The position numbers were made by a program, and so were the translations under genes. The notes beneath the pieces are model-generated. The model was not told the origin of the DNA. It did no database searches and saw only the letters and a list, made by a program, of their open reading frames with translations. Shown piece after piece: positions 48,953 through 58,267 of a stretch of DNA of 64,000 nucleotides. This DNA comes from Polyangiaceae bacterium (GTDB lineage Bacteria; Myxococcota_A; Polyangia; Polyangiales; Polyangiaceae), in NCBI GenBank assembly GCA_044376115.1, contig JBILLK010000005.1, positions 320,001 through 384,000 on the forward strand. The letters are read 5' to 3'. The number at the start of each line of letters is the position of its first letter. Position 1 is the stretch's first letter.

Positions 48953-50095
48953 ATGGTTGCGCGCAAGCTGCGGGTCGCAGTGCTGTTCGGTGGGCGGTCT
49001 GCGGAGCACGAGATTTCGGTGCTCTCGGCGCGATTCGTTTTGGAGTCGCTCGACCGCGAGCGCTTCGAGCCTGTGCTCGTGGGGATCACCAAAGATGGGC
49101 GTTGGGTCCGGGAGTCGGAGGCGGCGCTGTTGGCGCAGTCGCGGGATCCTCGTTTGGCCCAGGTCAACGCTGCAGCCGCCGCAGCCGAGTTGCACCTCGC
49201 GGCTCACCCCGTCATGCAGGCTCAGGACGCTTCCGCGCAAGCCGCGTTATTGGGCGGCGAAGCCGCGGAAGGCATCGATGTGGTCTTCCCGGTGCTGCAC
49301 GGCCCGATGGGTGAAGACGGCACGATTCAAGGCCTCTTTCGCTTGGCGGAGGTGGCGTTCGTCGGTTCCGGTGTGCTCGGTTCGGCCGTCGGCATGGACA
49401 AGGACGTGATGAAGCGTCTGTTCCACGAGGCGGGCCTGCCCATCGTTCCCCATCGCACCCTGAAGCGCCGCACCTTCGATAAGAACCGCGCCGCCGTCCT
49501 CGCGGAGCTGAATGCGTTTGCAGCGGGTGAGGCGCTGTTCGTCAAGCCCGCCAACCTTGGGTCGAGCGTCGGTGTTTCGCGAGCAGCCTCCAGCGAGGCG
49601 CTGGGCCCGGCCCTGGACCACGCCTTCGCTTTCGACGACAAGGTGGTGGTTGAGCGCGGTGTACCGGGCGTTCGCGAGATCGAATGCGGTGTGCTCGGCA
49701 ATGACGCTCCGATCGCTTCTGTCGTTGGGGAAATCGTCGTGACGCACGCCGACGGCTTCTATTCGTATGACGCCAAGTACGTAGACAGCAGCGGCTCGCA
49801 CACGGTGATTCCGGCTGAGATCAGCCCGAGCGAGGCGAGCCGGGTGCAGGCGTTGGCGGTGCGAGCGTTCGAGGTGCTCGGCTGTGACGGGCTCGCGCGA
49901 GTGGACTTCTTCCGCGCGGCAGACGGGACCATCTACTTGAACGAGGTGAACACGATGCCGGGCTTCACCGCGATCAGCATGTACCCGAAGTTGTTCGAAG
50001 CGAGCGGCATTGGCGCCCGTGAGTTGGTTACCCGCCTGGTTGAACTCGGGCTCGAGCGCGCTCGTGAAAAGCGCGCCCTGCGTACCAGCGCCTGA
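48953..50095 (+). CDS. ddl: D-alanine--D-alanine ligase
   Basis: LFGGRSAEHEIS, FPVLHGPMGEDGTIQG, MDKDVMK, FVKPANLGSSVG, FYSYDAKY, NEVNTMPGFT. Confidence 0.96.
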   Translation: MVARKLRVAVLFGGRSAEHEISVLSARFVLESLDRERFEPVLVGITKDGRWVRESEAALLAQSRDPRLAQVNAAAAAAELHLAAHPVMQAQDASAQAALLGGEAAEGIDVVFPVLHGPMGEDGTIQGLFRLAEVAFVGSGVLGSAVGMDKDVMKRLFHEAGLPIVPHRTLKRRTFDKNRAAVLAELNAFAAGEALFVKPANLGSSVGVSRAASSEALGPALDHAFAFDDKVVVERGVPGVREIECGVLGNDAPIASVVGEIVVTHADGFYSYDAKYVDSSGSHTVIPAEISPSEASRVQALAVRAFEVLGCDGLARVDFFRAADGTIYLNEVNTMPGFTAISMYPKLFEASGIGARELVTRLVELGLERAREKRALRTSA

Positions 50096-50097
50096 CC

Positions 50098-50412
50098 ATG
50101 TTCGTCGCCACCATCGTCTACGAGTTCACGAAGGCCACCGACCCGAAGGCGGAAAAGCTCTTTCGGGCCGAGATGGTCGGGCGTCGCTACAACGAACACT
50201 GGGAGGGCCGGCCCCTACCGCGCACCGCGTTGTGGATTCGGCGCACGACCGAGGCCGGTGAGACGGTGGTTGAGCTCAAGGCGCGCTGTGAACGAGAGGT
50301 TCAATCAGCCGTGCAAGCGGTGCGCAAGTTCGGTCTGACCATTGAGCTTTCTGCGCTTTGGATAAAGGTCATGGGCGGCGGAACCTGCGGCTTGGCTGAG
50401 CTTCCATTTTGA
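50098..50412 (+). CDS. Small hypothetical protein (possible ferredoxin-like fold)
   Basis: ATG 2 bp after the ddl stop; 104 aa. Confidence 0.6.
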   Translation: MFVATIVYEFTKATDPKAEKLFRAEMVGRRYNEHWEGRPLPRTALWIRRTTEAGETVVELKARCEREVQSAVQAVRKFGLTIELSALWIKVMGGGTCGLAELPF

Positions 50413-50503
50413 GCGGATTGAGGCCGGGAATGCTCGGTTCATCCTGGAGCATGCCAGTGTGGCGGCGCAAAGCGGCTTGGTGTAGACGCAGCGCCAGGAG
50501 CTC

Positions 50504-50740
50504 GTGATGAAGGTCGCCCTTAGTGCTTTGGTTCTCGCTACGCTTGCGTCACTCGTGGCCTGTGAGGGCTATTCGGAAGAGAGGGCCAAGAAGTTCTGTG
50601 ATCAGGAGCAGGAAGCCCGCGGGGATTCAGCCTGTTTCTCGTCCACCGTCTATGACCAGTGCATTGCTGCCTTTGAAGAGTGCGGTGATGACGTTGACGT
50701 TGACGACGTAGCCTGCGGCCCCACCTACACTTGTCCCTGA
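50504..50740 (+). CDS. Small Cys-rich lipoprotein
   Basis: AGGAG RBS; lipobox LVAC; six further Cys in about 55 aa. Confidence 0.7.
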   Translation: MMKVALSALVLATLASLVACEGYSEERAKKFCDQEQEARGDSACFSSTVYDQCIAAFEECGDDVDVDDVACGPTYTCP

Positions 50741-51741
50741 AGTCGTTATTGCAGAGCCTGTCGCCCAAACGGCGGTCGGCTCGGCGCAGCTACGAGCGTG
50801 CCATTGACGAGGCGGCTGAACTCATAGGGAAAGACGCTCGAGAGTTGCCGCGCGCCTTGGAGCGAGCGATCGCTGCAGGTGAGACTGCGTTCGGCCAAGA
50901 AGCGGAAGAACTAGCGGCGCCACTCTACGCTTTGGCCGCTCACTTCCTTGCGACGGGAGCAGCGAAGCAGGCGTTGACCGCCTCATCGAGGCTTCAGACC
51001 ATCGCTACGGCTCCCGACCGTACGGAGCCGACCTTCGTTCAGGTAAAGGCGCTACACGCCGCCATCCTCGTGCGCGAGGACGCTTCGAGTAGCGCTGCCG
51101 CGATCGCACTCGAGGAGTGGGCTCGTGCCGCGGAAGTGGCTGGTGACGCACAGGCAGCGGGCGCAGCCTGGAACCAGGTCGCGTTGACGATGGCACGCAA
51201 AGGTGAGCGTGATCTCGCTGCCGTTCTGTTTGAAAAGGCGCGCAAGCACCGTACGCAGGCGCTCGGTGACTCCGCTTTGCCGACGCTCGAGACGATCTTC
51301 AACGCAGCGACCTTCCGTGGTTCCCAGATGGACCTCGAGGTCGCAGAGGCGGACTTGCGGTTGGTGGTGCGAGCGCTCGAGAGCCAATCGCGTGAGGAGG
51401 TCGTTGAGCTTCAGGCCTCGGCGTTGCACAACCTAGCGGTGTTGCGCGAGGAGCGCGGGGATGCAGAAGAGGCGCGTCTTTTGTACGCGCGTGCGCTCAG
51501 CGTGTTCGAGCAACGCTACGGTCTGAAAGGTCGCGAGCTGCGGCCAACGCTCGTGCGCCTGGCCCTGCTTCATCACCGTGAAGGTTCTCTGCTGCTCGCC
51601 ATCGAGGCCTACGATCGGGCGTACGAGATCGCGACAGCGGAGCTTGGAGCCGAGCACCCCATCCCGGTGGCAATCCGAGCGTGGAAGACCGAGCTGACCG
51701 AGGGCGTCGGTCCCGGCGCCGTCGAGCGCGGACTCGCTTGA
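50731..51741 (+). CDS. Tetratricopeptide repeat protein (kinesin light chain-like TPRs)
   Basis: ALHNLAVLREERGDAEEARLLYARALSVFE, LGAEHP motifs. Confidence 0.8.
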   Translation: MSLKSLLQSLSPKRRSARRSYERAIDEAAELIGKDARELPRALERAIAAGETAFGQEAEELAAPLYALAAHFLATGAAKQALTASSRLQTIATAPDRTEPTFVQVKALHAAILVREDASSSAAAIALEEWARAAEVAGDAQAAGAAWNQVALTMARKGERDLAAVLFEKARKHRTQALGDSALPTLETIFNAATFRGSQMDLEVAEADLRLVVRALESQSREEVVELQASALHNLAVLREERGDAEEARLLYARALSVFEQRYGLKGRELRPTLVRLALLHHREGSLLLAIEAYDRAYEIATAELGAEHPIPVAIRAWKTELTEGVGPGAVERGLA

Positions 51742-51766
51742 GCTGCGTCGCAGCGAGGCGACCTTC

Positions 51767-53797
51767 GTGCTAACCGACCCATCTAACGTGTCCGAAGTTC
51801 GCCCGGAGACGGCTCGCCTTAGGAGCCCAGCACGCTGGCTCGCCGCCGCGGCCGCGTCGATCTGCGTGCTCGGCGGGGCGATTAGCGCGCCGGCGTTTGC
51901 ACCACCGGAGGGCACGGTGGCTTCGGGTGTTGTCGTCGCCGAGGTTCCGCTCGGCGGCGCTAGTGAGGCCGACGCGCGGGCTCGCCTCGAAGAGCTCGGT
52001 CGTTCGCTCGAGCACCGCGAGCTGCGTTTGGTTGCGCAGCCCAAGGAGACCATCGTTTCGTTGGCGCAGCTAGGCGTCCAACTCGACGTCGAGGCGACCT
52101 TGGAGCGGGTGATGACGGTGGCTCGTGAGGGCGGGTTTGCCGGCGCTTCGCGAGCATTTCTTCGCACCCGTACCGACGTCCCGTTTGTATTCACGCTCGA
52201 TGAAGGCGCGTTCAACGAGATCGTTCCGAGCATCGAAGAGGTGCTCGTGGATGACCCTCCTTTCGACGGAGCGATTCACGTGGAGGACGGCGTTCCGCGT
52301 GGCGAGTTGCCTCGCACCGGCCATCGCATCGAGCGTCAGGAGCTGGAGCAGGCCATTCGCGCGAACGTGGCGTTGACCGGCCAGAGTTCGATCACGGTGC
52401 CGTTGCAAACGATCGTTCCGCCGCTCACCGAGGCCGACGTACAGCTCAAGGTCGAAGAGGCGAAGGTCATTCTCTCAGGCCCCATCACGCTTTGGTATGC
52501 GCCGCCGGAGGAGCTCGTCGCGCAGCTGCGCAAAGAGAATGAAGAGGCGGAGAAGCGTTTCAAAGACGAGGCCGATCGGGCGAAATGGAAGATGCCCAAG
52601 CGCAAGAGTCGCATGAAGCGAAAGGGGAAACGGCTGGTCGAGGAGACCACCAAAGCCAAGCCCGACACGCTGCCGTTGCCCGAGTCTGTCGAGCTGCAGT
52701 TCACCCAACAGGACCTGCTGCTGGCCTTTCGCGCTCACCGTGTCGATGTCCCGTCGCCACGCTTCATCGTCGAGCTCGATGAGGCGGAGGTGAAACGCAA
52801 GCTCGCGCCTGTCGTTCCCAAGCTGTACAACGCGGCTCGCGACGCGCGCTTCGACATCGACGCTCAGAACCGCATCACCATCCAGAAGAGCCGTCCTGGT
52901 ACCCGTGTGGATCACTCCCGGTTGGTGGAAGCGCTGTACAAGGCGGCCCTCACTCCCGATCGGCGTGGTCCGCTCCCAGTCGACAACAACGCGGAGCCGC
53001 AGTTCACCACCACCGCTGCTGAGGCTCTTGCAATCAAGGGCCTGGTGTCAGAGTTCACGACGCACCACGCCTGCTGCCAGGCGCGCGTGAAGAACATCCA
53101 CCGCATCTGCGACATGTTGAACGGCACCATCGTCAAGGCCGGCGATACGATGAGCGTCAACTCCATGGTCGGCCCCCGCACCTTGGAGCGCGGCTTCTTG
53201 ATGGCTCCCAGCATTGGGGACGGTGAAATGACCGAGACGCCAGGCGGAGGCGTCAGCCAGTTCGCCACCACCCTCTACAACGCCTTGTTCGACGGTGGGT
53301 ACGTCGTGCGTCAACGGCAAGCCCACAGCTTCTACTTCTCGCGGTACCCCATGGGCATCGAGGCCACGCTCTCGTACCCGTCGCCCGATCTGGTGTTCAT
53401 GAACGACACCAAAGCGGCTCTCTTGCTGCGCTGCGACTACGGCGAGACCTTCATTCGGGTTCGGCTATTCGGGGATAACGGCGGGCGCAGGGTAGACCGC
53501 GAGGTTTCCCGGCCGTTCAGCTACACCGACCCGCGTGTAGAGTACGTGGGCAAGCGCTCACGGGATCCTGACGACGATAAAGTGAAAGACCACGGGTCCC
53601 ACGGCTTCTCTGTCGTCACCAGCCGGCGCATCACCGAAGCAGATGGCACCTCGCGGGTTGAAAAGCGAACCATCAAGTACGTAGGTAAGCCCAAGTTGAT
53701 TGAGGTTCACCCTTGCCGGATTCCGAAACACGAAAAGGGATACACGGGAGAGCGTTGTCCCAAGCCCGAAGAGCTTGAAGACCCACCGGCGCCGTAA
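51767..53797 (+). CDS. VanW family protein with PG-binding-4-like regions
   Basis: N-terminal anchor; RVKNIH, LNGTIVKAG, GPRTLERGF, GGGVSQFATTLYNA, HSFYFSRYPMGIEAT, DLVFMND. Confidence 0.9.
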   Translation: MLTDPSNVSEVRPETARLRSPARWLAAAAASICVLGGAISAPAFAPPEGTVASGVVVAEVPLGGASEADARARLEELGRSLEHRELRLVAQPKETIVSLAQLGVQLDVEATLERVMTVAREGGFAGASRAFLRTRTDVPFVFTLDEGAFNEIVPSIEEVLVDDPPFDGAIHVEDGVPRGELPRTGHRIERQELEQAIRANVALTGQSSITVPLQTIVPPLTEADVQLKVEEAKVILSGPITLWYAPPEELVAQLRKENEEAEKRFKDEADRAKWKMPKRKSRMKRKGKRLVEETTKAKPDTLPLPESVELQFTQQDLLLAFRAHRVDVPSPRFIVELDEAEVKRKLAPVVPKLYNAARDARFDIDAQNRITIQKSRPGTRVDHSRLVEALYKAALTPDRRGPLPVDNNAEPQFTTTAAEALAIKGLVSEFTTHHACCQARVKNIHRICDMLNGTIVKAGDTMSVNSMVGPRTLERGFLMAPSIGDGEMTETPGGGVSQFATTLYNALFDGGYVVRQRQAHSFYFSRYPMGIEATLSYPSPDLVFMNDTKAALLLRCDYGETFIRVRLFGDNGGRRVDREVSRPFSYTDPRVEYVGKRSRDPDDDKVKDHGSHGFSVVTSRRITEADGTSRVEKRTIKYVGKPKLIEVHPCRIPKHEKGYTGERCPKPEELEDPPAP

Positions 53798-53914
53798 GCT
53801 GGGCGCTCATGACGTTTGGTAAGTCGCGCGATTCCGCTGGTTTGTTCAAATCTGTTGAATGGACGGTTAACTTTATCTGGAGTGCTGGCGGCTTCGATCC
53901 ACTGGAACTCCTAG

Positions 53915-55108
53915 ATGGTCGCCTTCGCCTTTGAACCGCCGCACGAACAGTTGGCTCCCTTGCCGAAGGTTCTCATCGTGGATGACGACTCGCTCGTGCT
54001 GAGGTCACTCCAACGAGCGCTTTCGGCCCAGAGCTTTCACGTGGTCGCGTTGAGCGACGTGCATGAGGCGATGCGCGTGGTGGAGGCAGAAAACTTCGAC
54101 TGCGTTTTATGCGACATTCGGATGCCAAAGATGAGCGGCTTGGGGTTTGCGCGCTTCGTACGCTCGCTGGCACCTGAGGTCCCCATTCTATTGATGACAG
54201 GGGACCCGCAGCTCGAATCAGCGATTGAGGCCATTGAGGTCGGGATCCTCGAGTATCTGCCCAAGCCGATAGAGCCTAGCAAGCTTCGCAGCTCTGTCGC
54301 CCGAGCCGTAAAGCTCAATCGCTTTGCGCGTCTTCGCCGCGAAGCGCACGACGTCATCAAGTCTGAGCCACCGATGTCACGCGCTGACAAGCTGAGCGGC
54401 GCCTTTGACCGTGCCATGGCCAGCCTGTTCGTGGTGTTTCAACCAATCGTCATCCCCGAGACTGAAAAGCTCTTCGGTTATGAGGCATTGCTTCGCTCCC
54501 GTGAGCCGGAGTTGCCGACGCCGCCGCACGTGATTGAGGCCGCTGAGACGTTGGGCCGCACCAGTGAGGTAGGTGCGAAAGTCCGCTCGCTCGCGAGCTC
54601 AGCCTTCTTGGCGGCGCCTGCAGACGGCCTCTTGTTCTTGAACATCCTACCGCTCGACCTCTTGGATGAAGATCTTTATGCGGCAGGAACGCCCTTGTCG
54701 GACTTATCTGAGCGCATCGTGTTGGAGGTGACGGAGCGAGCCGATCTTGCCAAGGTCAAAGACGCTTTACCCAGGATTCAACGCTTGCGCACTCTTGGCT
54801 ATCGCATTGCAGTTGACGATCTCGGCGCAGGCTACGCTGGGCTCTCGAGCTTTGCCGCGCTCGAGCCCGAGTTCACCAAACTCGATATGAGCCTGATCCG
54901 GGGAGCGCACGCTTCCAGCGTCAAGCAAAGGGTCATTGGCTCGATTGTGTCACTCTGTCGGGACCTGGGAAGTCGAGTGGTTGCGGAGGGCATCGAGACT
55001 CGCGCTGACCGCGATACCCTTGTGCGTTTGGGGTGCGAACTCCAGCAAGGCTACTACTTTGCAAAGCCAGGGCCGGCCTTCCCAGCCATAACCTGGGACG
55101 CTCCCTGA
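53915..55108 (+). CDS. Response regulator receiver-EAL c-di-GMP phosphodiesterase
   Basis: REC (VLIVDDD, CDIRMPKMSG, LPKP); EAL (FQPIV, YEALLR, LEVTE, AVDDLGAGY, KLD, VAEGIE, QGYYF). Confidence 0.92.
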   Translation: MVAFAFEPPHEQLAPLPKVLIVDDDSLVLRSLQRALSAQSFHVVALSDVHEAMRVVEAENFDCVLCDIRMPKMSGLGFARFVRSLAPEVPILLMTGDPQLESAIEAIEVGILEYLPKPIEPSKLRSSVARAVKLNRFARLRREAHDVIKSEPPMSRADKLSGAFDRAMASLFVVFQPIVIPETEKLFGYEALLRSREPELPTPPHVIEAAETLGRTSEVGAKVRSLASSAFLAAPADGLLFLNILPLDLLDEDLYAAGTPLSDLSERIVLEVTERADLAKVKDALPRIQRLRTLGYRIAVDDLGAGYAGLSSFAALEPEFTKLDMSLIRGAHASSVKQRVIGSIVSLCRDLGSRVVAEGIETRADRDTLVRLGCELQQGYYFAKPGPAFPAITWDAP

Positions 55109-55206
55109 CCTCGCCGCCAGCTGGCCAACCAGCGCAGCCCTAAGCGCTGCGCTCCGTCGATTGTCGCTTCGAGCCAACCCACAGCGCAGCTACGCTGCCG
55201 CTCGAC

Positions 55207-57093
55207 ATGACCCGCGAGTCCAGCGATCGATCGACGATTCCGATGCGAGGCCGCGCACACGTCGAGTTGCGCGACACCGTCGCCACCGCTCCGACGGCGA
55301 CCATTGCACCGAGCGTATTGCTCGAGCCGTTTCGCGCCTTGGAGGTCCCCGAGGCGCGCTACCACGTAGTTGAGCGGCTCGGGATCGGCGGTATGGGCGA
55401 AGTGTCGGCCACCTTCGATGCGAAGATCGGTCGAGAGATCGCGCTCAAGACGATGATTACTCAGGCCCCCGCGGAGATGCCGTTGGCGCAGCGCCGCTTT
55501 CTGCGCGAGGCGCGCGTGCAGGCTCTGCTCGAGCACCCCGCGATTGTTCCCGTCTATGACATCGGACTAGGCCCCGACGGGATGCCCTTCTTTACGATGA
55601 AGCGCGTTCGGGGCGAGACGCTCTTTACGATGCTGGAGGACGTACGGCAGGGCCAACGGGCAACGTTGCGCCGGCTCAGTCGTCACCGGCTACTAGCGGC
55701 CTTCATGACCGTTTGTATGGCTATCGATTACGCGCATGAGCGTGGCGTCGTGCACCGCGATCTGAAGCCGGAGAACATCATGTTGGGCCCTCACGGCGAG
55801 GTCTATGTGCTTGATTGGGGGCTGGCTCGGGTCACCGAGCTTCATCCCAGCGGGCCTGCGCCGGATGCCGCGCTCGGGGACTCCGGAACCAACCCAGGCG
55901 ATATGATCGGAACACCGGGCTTCATGCCGCCCGAGCAGGTGCTCGGCCAGCACGATCAAGTCGACCGGCGCTCCGACGTCTACGCGTTGGGGGCCATTCT
56001 GTACGAAATTCTAACGTTCAAACCGCTCCATGAAGGAGCCGACGTAATGACCATTCTCGAGTCCACGCTCAATCCGACGCGGGTCACGCCAGCGGGCGCG
56101 ATGGACGTCCCGCCCGAACTCTTGGCCATCGTCGACCGGGCTACGCGGTTTCACAAGGATCAGCGCCACGCGACCGCCCGCGCGATCAGCGAGGCGATCG
56201 AGAGCTACCTCGATGGCGACCGCGATCAAGAGAGTCGAGCAAAGCTCGCTGCCGGTCGAATCGCCAGCGCCCAACGTGAGTTGGCGCTCGCCCTCGAAGG
56301 GCCGCCCGAGCAAAGGGAGCGCGCTCGCGTGGCGGCGTTGCGCCAGGCGGGTGGAGCGTTGGCTTTGTCCCCCAAGGACGCAGCCGCTACTGCGTTGGTG
56401 CTCGAGGTATTGTCGCACCCTCCGCCGGTCACTCCCATTGAGGTAAAGCGCGAACTCGCGTCGATCGATGTTGGGCATTCGCGGGTCGCTATGAGAGATA
56501 ACGCCCTGCGTATCTTCTCTTGGTTTGTGATCGTTCCGTTTGCCGTGGTGCTAGGGATCCGGTCGGATTGGTATGCCGCCATCATGGTGGGGATGTTGAG
56601 CTTTTGCGCGATCCTGGCCCTGTTCATGTGGAAACGGCAGCTCGTCTCCACGTTGCCTCGGTTCATTCTCTACTGCGGTACCTCCGTTGTTTTTGGTGGG
56701 ATGAGCGGTCTATTCGGGCCGTTCATGGTGGTGCCGGCGCTGGCGGCGATCAACGCGGTGACCTTTAGCTTGCAGTCACCTAAACGGGAACGCGCGGCGA
56801 TCGTCGCTATTGGTGTATTGCCCTTTTTGGTCCCGATGTTTCTCGAGCTCTTGGGGGTGGTGCCAGCCTCCTTCGAGTTCGCGCATGAAGCCATCGTGAT
56901 CCGCAGTCGGTTGGTGAACTTTCCTCCGCAGCTGACCTTCTTGTTTCTCTCGCTGGTCAGCTCCTTCGGCATCGCTACGCCGGTGTTTCTCACCGGGCGG
57001 CTGCGTGACCAGCTGCGATCGGTCGAGGCAAAGCTCGCGCTGCAGAAGTGGCAGTTTGCGCAGCTCTCTCAAGCTCGCCCGACAGCGGGCTAA
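55207..57093 (+). CDS. Ser/Thr protein kinase with a C-terminal multi-TM domain
   Basis: LGIGGMGEV, IALK, HRDLKPEN, DWG, GTPGFMPPE; about six hydrophobic helices at the C-terminus. Confidence 0.9.
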   Translation: MTRESSDRSTIPMRGRAHVELRDTVATAPTATIAPSVLLEPFRALEVPEARYHVVERLGIGGMGEVSATFDAKIGREIALKTMITQAPAEMPLAQRRFLREARVQALLEHPAIVPVYDIGLGPDGMPFFTMKRVRGETLFTMLEDVRQGQRATLRRLSRHRLLAAFMTVCMAIDYAHERGVVHRDLKPENIMLGPHGEVYVLDWGLARVTELHPSGPAPDAALGDSGTNPGDMIGTPGFMPPEQVLGQHDQVDRRSDVYALGAILYEILTFKPLHEGADVMTILESTLNPTRVTPAGAMDVPPELLAIVDRATRFHKDQRHATARAISEAIESYLDGDRDQESRAKLAAGRIASAQRELALALEGPPEQRERARVAALRQAGGALALSPKDAAATALVLEVLSHPPPVTPIEVKRELASIDVGHSRVAMRDNALRIFSWFVIVPFAVVLGIRSDWYAAIMVGMLSFCAILALFMWKRQLVSTLPRFILYCGTSVVFGGMSGLFGPFMVVPALAAINAVTFSLQSPKRERAAIVAIGVLPFLVPMFLELLGVVPASFEFAHEAIVIRSRLVNFPPQLTFLFLSLVSSFGIATPVFLTGRLRDQLRSVEAKLALQKWQFAQLSQARPTAG

Positions 57094-57992
57094 GCCCCGT
57101 CTGCGGGCCGATCATTGGGCTCGAGCACGATGTCGTGAAACTTTGAATAGTCGATGATTCGCGTCTGATCCGGCTCGGTCGTGATGATGTCGGCGAAGCG
57201 CGCTCCCCACACGATGTCGTCGAGCTCATAGGTGTAGCGAGCGTGAACCGTCTGCGCGATCGTCTCGTCCAGGCCGCTCAGGCTCAGTAAGACCAAACCA
57301 GATCGCTCCCGCAGCGCTTCCTTTGCGTTCGGACCGAAGAACGGGCTCTTCTCATCTACCTCGTGAATGGCGGTCCAACTCAGTCGGAAGAACGGGTTCT
57401 GATCGCGCAGCAGCGGCAAAATGTGCGGGACGCGCAGCCGCTCGCCTTCTGTGGTCACCAAATCCAACAACACCAGTACTTTGAGCGAAGCCTCGACGAT
57501 CGTGTTGTGCCGCGCATTGGCCATGCGGAACATGAGGCAAGGTTTGCCGTTGCGCCGCCCGATCACTGCACGCGAAGTAAACATCACGCGTGAGCTCGGT
57601 TTTGCAAACTTGGAGAACGTTAGCCCAGTAGCGATCGCCAGAGACAAGAGGCCGGTCAGTGCCTCGAGCGTAACGATGCATTGTGCATAGACCGTCGTAG
57701 GCGACAGAACGCCGTAGCCAATGGTGCCCATCGTTTGCACCGAGAAGAAGAAGGCGTCGCCAAAGGAGCCAGGCCGCGCCCCAGCGATGCACCCAGGTTG
57801 CAGCAGGTACAGGCAGGCAAAGAAGGTATTGACGGCTAGGAAGCCGGCGCCCGCGAGGAGGAAGAACAGCCACCACGGCATCGTGAGAACCCGATGGTAG
57901 AGGTCCTCGTGGAAGCCCGTTTGAAGCCCAATAGTCCGGACCTTGAACAATTCTTTGGGCGGGGTGGGCTTCGGTTTGCTCGGCTTGCTCAA
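57090..57992 (-). CDS. Inward-rectifier potassium channel (KirBac family)
   Basis: DLYHRVLTMPW, FFFSVQTMGTIGYG filter, FSKFAKP, LMFRMANAR, SWTAIHEVDEKSP, DYSKFH. Confidence 0.93.
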   Translation of the reverse strand: MSKPSKPKPTPPKELFKVRTIGLQTGFHEDLYHRVLTMPWWLFFLLAGAGFLAVNTFFACLYLLQPGCIAGARPGSFGDAFFFSVQTMGTIGYGVLSPTTVYAQCIVTLEALTGLLSLAIATGLTFSKFAKPSSRVMFTSRAVIGRRNGKPCLMFRMANARHNTIVEASLKVLVLLDLVTTEGERLRVPHILPLLRDQNPFFRLSWTAIHEVDEKSPFFGPNAKEALRERSGLVLLSLSGLDETIAQTVHARYTYELDDIVWGARFADIITTEPDQTRIIDYSKFHDIVLEPNDRPADGA

Positions 57993-58154
57993 AGTGGCCG
58001 GAGCTTAGCGTCCCAGCGTTGGTGCGCGCGAGCTGGTCATTCCCACGCGCAGTTCGTTCACCCGCGAAGTTGCACCTTTCATATTTGAATCGCGCCCTGC
58101 TAGGGCGCTGGGCTCAGCAGGCGGTTTTTCTCGCGAAAACGCAGTGCGTGCGCT

Positions 58155-58169
58155 TGGCACGAACCTTGG
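58155..58169 (+). promoter_or_regulatory. Sigma54-like -24/-12 element
   Basis: TGGCACG-AACC-TTGG: matches TGGCACG-N4-TTGC except the final C. Confidence 0.45.
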
Positions 58170-58180
58170 ATAAGGGCTAA

Positions 58181-58234
58181 CGAGCGCCTGTGACGTTATC
58201 CCCCCAAAACGTCGAGCAGGCGCTTTTTCTTTTT
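58181..58234 (+). ncRNA. Candidate small RNA: single stem-loop with C-rich loop and U-tail
   Basis: AGCGCCTG/CAGGCGCT and GACGTT/AACGTC stems, loop ATCCCCCCAA, then TTTTCTTTTT; terminator polarity is + although both flanking genes are on -. Confidence 0.5.
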
Positions 58235-58267
58235 GTGCTTCAGCCGTTCAGCACGGTGCCGCGACCA

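Noticed and set aside
48953..53797. Vancomycin-resistance cluster (ddl + vanW)
   Set aside because: The ligase has the FYSYDAKY omega loop of D-Ala-D-Ala ligases, and no vanH, vanX, vanR or vanS is present
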